From Chitinophaga pinensis (lineage in GTDB: Bacteria; Bacteroidota; Bacteroidia; Chitinophagales; Chitinophagaceae): a stretch of DNA of 64,000 nt. Positions 38,056 through 46,199 of this stretch are shown one piece after another; position 1 is the stretch's first letter; each line of letters begins with the position of its first letter. Under the pieces are notes generated by a model. It worked only from the letters and a program-made list of their open reading frames with translations, had not been told where the DNA came from and made no database searches. Made by a program: the position numbers and the translations under genes. The DNA is taken from the NCBI GenBank assembly GCA_943367825.1, contig CALRKF020000002.1, positions 54,249-118,248 of the forward strand, given 5' to 3'.

Positions 38056-39705
38056 ATGGCGAATACAGATATTACAAAACCGGTGGACCTTACACTTCAT
38101 GCAGAAGGAACTGGTCCGCTCCGTTCAACCCGGCCTCTTTATGTTGATTTCATGCCTCCCTGTAATAGTGCTTGTCCTGCAGGAGAAAACATTCAGGCAT
38201 GGCTTTCACATGCACAAGCAGGCAATTATTTTGAGGCTTTTCAAGCATTAGTGGAGGACAACCCCTTTCCAGGATTGATGGGTCGTGTTTGCGTGAAGCC
38301 CTGCGAAACAGGATGCAATCGCAATCATATTGACAATACTGTCAATATTCATGCAGTAGAAAGATATATAGGAGATGAGGCCATCAAAGAACAGTGGCCC
38401 ATTCGATATACAGCTAAACCCAGTGGAAAACGTGTATTGATTGTAGGTGCTGGTCCTGGTGGACTATCTGCCGCATATCAATTGGCCCGTATGGGTCATA
38501 CCGTTGAAATTTTTGAAGCAGCTGGTCATGCAGGTGGCTTACTTTGGTCTGGTGTTCCCGATTATCGCTTACCAAAAGAAATATTGGATGCAGAAGTGCA
38601 ACGCATCGTAAATATGGGTGTTAAAATTCGACTCAACTATAAAGTAAAAGATTTATTAGAGGAAAAAGAAGCTGGTAAGTTTGATGCGGTATACCTCGCC
38701 ATTGGAGCACAATTGATTCATTCTGAAAATTTTCAACAAGACAATTCAGTTTATATCCGTGATGCATTTAGTTTCTTCCATGAAGTAAAAACTAATTCAT
38801 CGCCTTATCTACGGAAAAAAGTAGTGGTATATGGTGGAGGCAAATTGGCTTTGTATCTATCCCGTATCATCAAACGCTTTGGTTCCGAAGTAGCCGTTTA
38901 TTTCCCAGGGGATAAAAAATTAATGCCTGCCTATGATTATGAAACAGAAGATGCATTGGCAGAAGGTGTAGATGTACAGTTATTAAAATGCATTAATAAA
39001 ATTGAAAATAAAAAAATTACCCTTGAAAATACCAAGGTTGAAAAAGGAAAAGTTGTAGGGCTTGGCACTTTCGAAACCATTGATGCGGATGTTTTGATTA
39101 TGGCGAATCGCCAGGAATCAGATAGTGGATTCTTAAGAAGTATCAATGGCATCAAAGTAAATGAAGATGGCACCGTGCAAATAGATATTCAACGGATGAC
39201 TGGAGAAGAAGGTGTTTTTGCCGGGGGAGATATGTTGCCAGGTGAAAACAGAAGCTCTACTATCGCTATTGGACAAGGAAAAAAAGCTGCCAAGTATATT
39301 CATGGTTTTCTGTTGCAAGAACCTTATCAAAAACCAGATAAACATCCCACTGCAGGTTACCGCAAATTGCATATGTGGTACGAAACAGAAGCACCACAGA
39401 AAACACAAGAAAAACTGGCCCCTGCTGAAGCAATAAAAAGTTTTGATGAAATTATCGCCGGCCTTCCAGAAGCTGCTGTTCGTTTTGAAGCTCAACGCTG
39501 CCTCAGTTGTGGTAATTGCTTCGAATGCGATGGTTGCTTTGGTGCATGCCCTGAAGATGCCATCATTAAATTAGGAAAAGGCAACCGCTATAAATTTAAT
39601 TATAATGCTTGCACTGGCTGTGCAGTTTGCTATGAACAATGCCCCTGCCATGCAATAGAAATGATTCCTGAACCTGTTAATTCAACTAACGATGTCGAAA
39701 AATAA
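38056..39705 (+). CDS. GltD/NfnB/DsrL-like Fe-S flavoprotein with C-terminal ferredoxin domain
   Basis: N-terminal PPCNSACP..NPFP..GRVC..PCETGCNR, FAD motif VGAGPGGLSAA, GVPDYRLP, FAGGD, and C-terminal RCLSCGNCFECDGCFGACP / CTGCAVCYEQCPC. Confidence 0.88.
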   Translation: MANTDITKPVDLTLHAEGTGPLRSTRPLYVDFMPPCNSACPAGENIQAWLSHAQAGNYFEAFQALVEDNPFPGLMGRVCVKPCETGCNRNHIDNTVNIHAVERYIGDEAIKEQWPIRYTAKPSGKRVLIVGAGPGGLSAAYQLARMGHTVEIFEAAGHAGGLLWSGVPDYRLPKEILDAEVQRIVNMGVKIRLNYKVKDLLEEKEAGKFDAVYLAIGAQLIHSENFQQDNSVYIRDAFSFFHEVKTNSSPYLRKKVVVYGGGKLALYLSRIIKRFGSEVAVYFPGDKKLMPAYDYETEDALAEGVDVQLLKCINKIENKKITLENTKVEKGKVVGLGTFETIDADVLIMANRQESDSGFLRSINGIKVNEDGTVQIDIQRMTGEEGVFAGGDMLPGENRSSTIAIGQGKKAAKYIHGFLLQEPYQKPDKHPTAGYRKLHMWYETEAPQKTQEKLAPAEAIKSFDEIIAGLPEAAVRFEAQRCLSCGNCFECDGCFGACPEDAIIKLGKGNRYKFNYNACTGCAVCYEQCPCHAIEMIPEPVNSTNDVEK

Positions 39706-42700
39706 AAAATTAATCGCTACGATCGATGGTAATGAAGCAGCTGCGTATGTGGCTTACCGTACCAATGAAGTATGTGCCATCTATCCTATTACTCCTTCTT
39801 CTACCATGGCCGAATTGGCTGATGAGTGGGCGGCTAAAGGATTAAAAAATATTTGGGGTGCTGTACCAGATATTATGGAAATGCAAAGTGAAGCAGGTGC
39901 TGCAGGAACCGTACATGGTGCCTTACAAACCGGCTCACTAACAACCACTTTTACTGCATCGCAGGGCTTAATGCTGATGCTACCCAATATGTATAAAATT
40001 GCAGGAGAATTGACAGCTGCAGTATTTCATGTTGCAGCGCGTTCATTGGCTGCACAAGGATTATCCATCTTTGGCGATCACCAGGATGTTATGGCAGCAC
40101 GTACTACCGGCTTTGCCATGTTAAGTTCTGTTAGCGTACAAGAAGCCCACGACTTTGCTTTAATTGCACAGGTAGCTTCTTTAAAATCAAGAATACCCAT
40201 CATCCATTTCTTTGATGGCTTTAGAACTTCACATGAAGTAAATAAATTGGAATTGCTAAGCGATGACCAAATCAGATCGATGATTCCTGATGAATTGGTT
40301 TTTGCTCATCGGAGTAGAGGATTGAATCCTGAACATCCCTTCATTAGAGGTACCGCTCAAAACCCAGATATTTATTTTCAGGGAAGAGAAACAGTCAATA
40401 CATTTTACAATAACATGCCTGGCATCGTTGAAGACGTGATGAAGGATTTTGCTGCGATGACTGGAAGAAAATATGAACTTTTCCAATATACAGGAGCACC
40501 GGATGCTGAAAGAGTCATTATCATTATGGGCTCTGGAGGAGAAACCGTTGATGAAACCATGCAAGCACTCAATGCTGCAGGTGAAAAAACTGGCTTGGTG
40601 CAAGTAAGATTGTATCGCCCATTCTCATTGGAACATTTGATAAAAGCCATTCCTGCTAGTGTAAAATCTATTGCTATATTAGATCGCACTAAAGAATCAG
40701 GTGCATCTGGAGAACCAATGTATCAAGACGTACTAGCTGCATTAGTTGAAGCTTTACAAAAAGGCTTAATAAAAAAATTGCCGAACCTGGTTGGTGGCAG
40801 ATATGGACTTTCATCTAAAGAGTTTACTCCAGCAATGGTTAAAGCTGTGTATGATGAACTTAAGAAAGAGCATCCAAAAAATGGTTTCACCATTGGTATC
40901 AATGATGATGTAACACATACTAGTCTTAGTTATGACCCTAGCTATACATTGGATGAATCAGCCTGGAGACAAGGATTATTCTTTGGTTTAGGTGCTGATG
41001 GTACCGTGGGTGCTAATAAAAATACTATTAAAATCATTGGAGAAAATACCGACCTGTTTGCACAAGGGTATTTTGTTTATGATTCAAAAAAATCAGGTGC
41101 CAGAACCGTATCACATTTACGCTTTGGACCAAATCCTATTCGTGCTCCATATTTGATTACTAAAGCAGATTTTATTGCCTGCCATCAATTCAATTTTATT
41201 GAAAAAGTAGAGATGCTGGATTTTGCTAAGGAAGGTGCTACTTTCCTTATCAATAGTCCTTATGATAAAGCAGAAGTATGGAGTAAACTAACAGGACAGG
41301 TACAAAAAAGCATCATTGATAAAAAATTAAAGCTGTATGTGATTGATGCCACTGCTGTTGCCCGCGATACTGGTATGACAGGCCGCATCAACACCATCAT
41401 GCAAACCTGCTATTTTGCATTATCAGGTGTATTACCAAGAGAAGATGCCATCAAGCAAATTAAAAAAGCCATTGAAAAATCCTACTCTAGAAAAGGTCAG
41501 AAAGTAATTGATCAAAATTTTAAAGCGGTAGATGCCACTTTGGCTAATCTTTACGAAGTAGACTATCCTAAAACAGTATCTGCTGCAGTGAATGTATTGC
41601 AAATAGTTTCTGATAAAGCGCCCGATTTTGTAAAGGATATTACTGCCGTAATGATGGCTGGTCATGGTGATGATTTGCCAGTAAGTAAAATGCCTATCGA
41701 TGGCACTTATCCAAGTGGCACCACACAATGGGAAAAAAGAAATATATCAGACCTGGTACCTTTATGGGAACCTGATTTATGTATTCAATGTGGTAACTGT
41801 GCCTATGTTTGCCCACACAGTGTTATCCGTGCAAAATTTTATCACAAAGACCATTTGGAAAAAGCATCTGATGGATTTAAATCAGCTCCGATAAATGCAA
41901 GAGGTTTTCCTGAAACCAATTATACCTTGCAAGTATATGTAGAAGATTGTACAGGTTGCAATCTCTGCGTAGAGGTTTGTCCTTCTTCAGATCCGTCTAA
42001 CCGTAGCCGTAAGGCAATTAATTTGGGTGAAAAAGAACCCGTACTTGAAACAGAAAAGAAAAATATTGAATTTTTTGAAAATATTCCATGGAATGACCGC
42101 TCTAAAATTGATTTCTCCACTGTACATGGAGCACAGTTCCTCGAACCATTATTTGAATTCTCTGGCGCTTGTGCTGGTTGTGGCGAAACACCTTATTTGA
42201 AATTGTTATCACAATTATTCGGTGAGCGTTTATTAGTTGCCAATGCAACAGGTTGTTCGTCCATATATGGTGGTAACCTGCCCACAACTCCTTGGGCTGT
42301 CAACAAAGACGGACGTGGTCCGGCTTGGTCTAATTCCTTGTTTGAAGACAATGCCGAATTTGGTTTGGGTATGCGCATTACTGCTGACAAGCAATTAGGC
42401 TCTGCCAAACAATATTTACTCGAGCTTAAAAATGAATTAGGCGAAGCTCAGGTAGATGAAATACTCAATGCCAAACAAGTGCTGGAATCTGAATTAGCAA
42501 TACAGCATTTGAGGGTACAAAAACTAAAAGAACAATTGCGTACCATGAGTTCTTCTCCAGCACAGCATCTATTATCTGTAGCCGACCAATTGGTACGCCG
42601 CAGTGTATGGCTGATTGGTGGCGATGGTTGGGCTTATGATATTGGCTATGGTGGTTTGGATCATGCATTGGCAAGTGGAAGAAATATCAATATCCTGGTA

Positions 42701-43267
42701 CTCGATACCGAAGTGTATTCTAATACAGGTGGACAGTCATCCAAATCAACGCCAACAGCGGCCACTGCTAAATTCGCAGCAGGTGGTAAATCTGGAGGTA
42801 AAAAGGATTTGGCTATGCAAGCCATCTCTTACGGAAATGTATACGTTGCAAGAGTAGCATTTGGTGCTAATCCACAACAAACGCTTTTAGCAATGAGAGA
42901 AGCAGAAGCTTATGATGGACCATCACTGATACTTGCGTATAGCCATTGTATTGCACACGGCTATGATTTAAAAGATGGACTGAGCCAACAAAACAAAGCA
43001 GTTGCCAGTGGACATTGGCCTTTATTAAGATACAATCCTGTATTGAGGAAGAAAAATCAAAATCCTTTTGTACTGGATTCAACAAGGCCTACAATGGCAC
43101 TGAGGGATTATGCTTATAATGAGTTACGATATAAAGTACTCACTATGACTAATCCGGAAGTAGCTGAAAACTTAATGCAACATGCACAAGAATTGGTAAA
43201 CCTGAAATGGAAGAATTATGAGGAGCTGGCTACCAAAAAAGCAAGTGATTTTGTACCTATAGGTTAA
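39692..43267 (+). CDS. nifJ: Pyruvate:ferredoxin/flavodoxin oxidoreductase (single-chain PFOR)
   Basis: YPITPSS, MQSEAGAAG, GLGADGTVG, two CxxCxxCxxxCP motifs, FSGACAGCGETPY, GGDGWAYDIG and CIAHG. Overlaps the upstream gene by 14 nt. Confidence 0.97.
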   Translation: MSKNKKLIATIDGNEAAAYVAYRTNEVCAIYPITPSSTMAELADEWAAKGLKNIWGAVPDIMEMQSEAGAAGTVHGALQTGSLTTTFTASQGLMLMLPNMYKIAGELTAAVFHVAARSLAAQGLSIFGDHQDVMAARTTGFAMLSSVSVQEAHDFALIAQVASLKSRIPIIHFFDGFRTSHEVNKLELLSDDQIRSMIPDELVFAHRSRGLNPEHPFIRGTAQNPDIYFQGRETVNTFYNNMPGIVEDVMKDFAAMTGRKYELFQYTGAPDAERVIIIMGSGGETVDETMQALNAAGEKTGLVQVRLYRPFSLEHLIKAIPASVKSIAILDRTKESGASGEPMYQDVLAALVEALQKGLIKKLPNLVGGRYGLSSKEFTPAMVKAVYDELKKEHPKNGFTIGINDDVTHTSLSYDPSYTLDESAWRQGLFFGLGADGTVGANKNTIKIIGENTDLFAQGYFVYDSKKSGARTVSHLRFGPNPIRAPYLITKADFIACHQFNFIEKVEMLDFAKEGATFLINSPYDKAEVWSKLTGQVQKSIIDKKLKLYVIDATAVARDTGMTGRINTIMQTCYFALSGVLPREDAIKQIKKAIEKSYSRKGQKVIDQNFKAVDATLANLYEVDYPKTVSAAVNVLQIVSDKAPDFVKDITAVMMAGHGDDLPVSKMPIDGTYPSGTTQWEKRNISDLVPLWEPDLCIQCGNCAYVCPHSVIRAKFYHKDHLEKASDGFKSAPINARGFPETNYTLQVYVEDCTGCNLCVEVCPSSDPSNRSRKAINLGEKEPVLETEKKNIEFFENIPWNDRSKIDFSTVHGAQFLEPLFEFSGACAGCGETPYLKLLSQLFGERLLVANATGCSSIYGGNLPTTPWAVNKDGRGPAWSNSLFEDNAEFGLGMRITADKQLGSAKQYLLELKNELGEAQVDEILNAKQVLESELAIQHLRVQKLKEQLRTMSSSPAQHLLSVADQLVRRSVWLIGGDGWAYDIGYGGLDHALASGRNINILVLDTEVYSNTGGQSSKSTPTAATAKFAAGGKSGGKKDLAMQAISYGNVYVARVAFGANPQQTLLAMREAEAYDGPSLILAYSHCIAHGYDLKDGLSQQNKAVASGHWPLLRYNPVLRKKNQNPFVLDSTRPTMALRDYAYNELRYKVLTMTNPEVAENLMQHAQELVNLKWKNYEELATKKASDFVPIG

Positions 43268-43334
43268 TGTATAACATAATAAAGCAGGAGCCGCTTCGGT
43301 GGTGCCGGATTACTAAAAAATAAAAATTAAGAAA

Positions 43335-44324
43335 ATGAAAATGCAAGCAAAATACATGGGGTTAAATTTAAATTCCCCCATTATTGTATCCGCCTGTACA
43401 CTATCTGAACAATCAGATAATATTGTTAGAATGGAAGACAATGGTGCAGGTGCGGTGGTATTATTTTCTTTGTTTGAAGAACAAATAAGAAATGAAGAGG
43501 CAAAATTCAAATCAGTAATGTCGGAAACTTCTTATGCTTTTGCAGAAGCCTTGGATTATTTCCCCAATCTGGATGAGTTTAATATGGGCACTGATGACTA
43601 TTTGGAACATATCAGAAAAGCCAAGGAAAGGGTTAATATTCCCATCATTGGAAGTTTAAACGGAATAACCAACGAAGGTTGGATTGATTATTCTAAAATG
43701 ATGGAACAAGCAGGTGCCGATGCCATTGAAATTAATATCTTTTTCATTCCTGGTGATATTACCATGTCAACATCTGAAGTTGAGCACCGCTACTTGAATA
43801 TCATATCTAATATCAAGCAAACAGTAAAAATTCCAGTGGCAGTAAAGCTCAATCCTTATTTCAGTGCAATGGGTAATATGTCGTTGCGTATGAAAAATGC
43901 TGGCGCCGATGGTTTGGTATTCTTTAACAGGTTTTACCAACCCGATTTCGATATCAACGAACTTGTTTTGAAAACCGATTTACACTATAGTGAATCCAGT
44001 GAAATCCGACTCCCATTGCTTTGGATTGCCTTATTATATAATAAAGTACAATTGTCGCTTGCAGCTACTACTGGTGTACAAAGTGCAGTGGAAGTAATCA
44101 AATATATTCTCGCAGGAGCAGATGTGGTGATGACAGCTTCTTCTTTATACAAGAATGGCATTCCATATTTGAAAACCATGAATAAAGAATTGCAGGACTG
44201 GATGTATATGATGGGTTTCGATAATCTGGAAGCATTTAGAGGAAGTATGAGTCAGCAAAATATTTCCGACCCTACTGCCTATGAGCGGGCAAACTATATT
44301 AAGATACTTGAAAAGGCCAAGTAA
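43335..44324 (+). CDS. Dihydroorotate-dehydrogenase-like FMN TIM-barrel protein lacking the catalytic Cys
   Basis: PIIGSLNG, IEINIFFIP in place of ELNxSCPN, PVAVKL, GADGLVFFNRFYQPD, ATTGV and AGADVV. Confidence 0.88.
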   Translation: MKMQAKYMGLNLNSPIIVSACTLSEQSDNIVRMEDNGAGAVVLFSLFEEQIRNEEAKFKSVMSETSYAFAEALDYFPNLDEFNMGTDDYLEHIRKAKERVNIPIIGSLNGITNEGWIDYSKMMEQAGADAIEINIFFIPGDITMSTSEVEHRYLNIISNIKQTVKIPVAVKLNPYFSAMGNMSLRMKNAGADGLVFFNRFYQPDFDINELVLKTDLHYSESSEIRLPLLWIALLYNKVQLSLAATTGVQSAVEVIKYILAGADVVMTASSLYKNGIPYLKTMNKELQDWMYMMGFDNLEAFRGSMSQQNISDPTAYERANYIKILEKAK

Positions 44325-44355
44325 TCTCACAATTTTTTTTGTTGATCCTATACAC

Positions 44356-44390
44356 AAAAAGGGGATATACTTTTCGTATATCCCTTTCTG
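44356..44390. terminator. Bidirectional intrinsic terminator ending the PFOR operon
   Basis: aaaaag-gggatatac-ttttc-gtatatccc-tttctg; T tracts on both strands. Confidence 0.85.
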
Positions 44391-44758
44391 TTAGTAACGG
44401 TTATTCATGTAATTTTATCAAGCGCATTTCCTCGCTTTGGCTTTTTGCTCAACGGGCCTCCTAATCGTTAGGGTGTACCGATAGGCAGGGCCCTACTCGA
44501 ATAGCCACAAATCATTCTTCTCCAATTCCTGTACTTACCACCTAATCGATGCAGGCTTTCAATCCATTATAAGCAAGATTTGAATAACAAATTTATTTTT
44601 CCCCGTAAATACAAGTAAACACTACAACTAATGAAGGATTCGGCAGACCAGCGATAAGCACTAATGGTCATCTGCCAAAGATTTAACAACATTGCTGGGT
44701 TATAAAGGTTACCTTCCTTTAAATACCGGTAATACTGCCGGCATTCAAATCAACCATT

Positions 44759-45163
44759 ATGTCAAATATTACCCAGGTAGTGAACGTAGATAAAAACCTG
44801 AAAGCATTAAAAAAAGCCGTACACGCCTCTGATATAGATCAATTACTAAGCAGTACTGGCCCCTTTACCATTTTCTCTCCAACCGACCTGGCCTTTGAAA
44901 AATTAGAAAAAGGAATGATGGATAATTTACTAGAGCCTCAAAACAGAGCAAAACTCGCACACTTATTAAACAACCATATTGTACACGGTAAAATTTTATT
45001 CGCTGATCTTAAGAATGGCGATAAACTTACCAATTTGAATGGCAAAGAATTATTGATCCAGGAAAAGAATGGCAAAATAAGTATTGGCGAAATCAATATA
45101 CTTGCACGTGATGCCAAAATATCGAATGGTGCCATGCATGTAACAGATACAGTTATTATTTAA
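44759..45163 (+). CDS. Fasciclin (FAS1) domain protein, no signal peptide
   Basis: GPFTIFSPTDLAF (H1), LLNNHIV and SNGAMHVTDTVI (H2). Confidence 0.92.
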   Translation: MSNITQVVNVDKNLKALKKAVHASDIDQLLSSTGPFTIFSPTDLAFEKLEKGMMDNLLEPQNRAKLAHLLNNHIVHGKILFADLKNGDKLTNLNGKELLIQEKNGKISIGEINILARDAKISNGAMHVTDTVII

Positions 45164-45317
45164 CTGCTGATTTTTTGCAGGAATTTTCAGATAAAATCAA
45201 ATAGTCGGTTCTTGTAATTAGCCTGACCGGAGCATTGTAGTAAGTTAAAAGTTGAAATTACCCTTAACAGGGTATGGTTATTTTAACCAACTTACTTATT
45301 TTTAACAAAACCCGGCA

Positions 45318-46163
45318 GTGAAAAATTGTATTCTTTTTATATTATTAGGTTCCTTTAATATATGTATGGCGCAACCTCGTATGTGGCAGCCTGCAAATGC
45401 TGGCGCACCATTAAAGCCCATCGAGCAAACCATTTATTATTCATTGGGAGATGCACGTATTCCCATTAAGGTATTGCAGTATGGCGATAAAAAAGACATT
45501 GTTTATATCAATGTACATGATAGCGAACCCACTTCGGTGGCTGCAGCCAAGGCCATCCTTACCTATACAGGCGGCACCATCATTAAGCTAGTTAATAAAG
45601 GAAAAAGGAATATTAAATTCCGTTTAAAAAACAAATCCTATTCCTTTGATGCCAATCGAATTTATTCGAGGGCAGGTATAGAACAAACACTAAGAACCAG
45701 CGGAAGAATTAGTAAAGAAGCTATTGATGAAATTGAAAAATTTGGCAAACGTATCCTTCAGCTAATTCCTGATACAACTACCTGTATTGTTTCGCTACAC
45801 AATAATACCAATGGCGATTTCTCTATAAAAAATTACCTGCCAAAAGGCGACCGTCGCATTGATGCCAAAGCAGTTTATGTGGATAGCTTGCAAGACTTTG
45901 ACGACATTGCGCTTACCACAGATAGTGTATTGTATTTAAAAATGGTTGAAAACTGTTATAATTCTATTTGGCAAGACAATGCCAATGCAAGAAGAGATGG
46001 TTCATTAAGTGTGTATTTCGGTGAAAAAAATAGACGGTATATTAATATTGAAACAGAGAATGGAAAATTATTATTGCATATCGAAATGATTAAGAAGCTA
46101 CTTCAAATATTAGATGAAACAATTCCACCTGCCGGCAATAACAGTATTACGAATGCTGAATAA
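45318..46163 (+). CDS. Exported hypothetical protein, probable M14-like (carboxypeptidase/AstE-fold) zinc hydrolase
   Basis: Signal ending CMA-Q; HDSE, FDANR, SLHNN and INIE appear in M14 motif order. GTG start. Confidence 0.55.
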   Translation: MKNCILFILLGSFNICMAQPRMWQPANAGAPLKPIEQTIYYSLGDARIPIKVLQYGDKKDIVYINVHDSEPTSVAAAKAILTYTGGTIIKLVNKGKRNIKFRLKNKSYSFDANRIYSRAGIEQTLRTSGRISKEAIDEIEKFGKRILQLIPDTTTCIVSLHNNTNGDFSIKNYLPKGDRRIDAKAVYVDSLQDFDDIALTTDSVLYLKMVENCYNSIWQDNANARRDGSLSVYFGEKNRRYINIETENGKLLLHIEMIKKLLQILDETIPPAGNNSITNAE

Positions 46164-46199
46164 AGCCTAATCCTGCATTTTCTTTTGTATTTTTAATTC

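Noticed and set aside
38056-39705. Calling the Fe-S flavoprotein gltD or dsrL
   Set aside because: No gltB or dsrAB in the neighbourhood and the NADPH motif is altered; only the architecture is shared.
43335-44324. Calling the FMN barrel pyrD or preA
   Set aside because: Catalytic Cys absent, no PreA-type C-terminal ferredoxin, and no pyr genes or pyrK nearby.
44391-44567. Stop-codon reassignment or readthrough to rescue the interrupted frame
   Set aside because: TAA, TAG and TGA all terminate clear genes in this window, the frame contains all three types, and the stop density is near random.
44325-45317. Known riboswitches (TPP, cobalamin, SAM, FMN, fluoride, purine) or 6S RNA in the large intergenic regions
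   Set aside because: Conserved core sequences I could recall were not found by eye; a covariance-model search is needed to exclude them properly.
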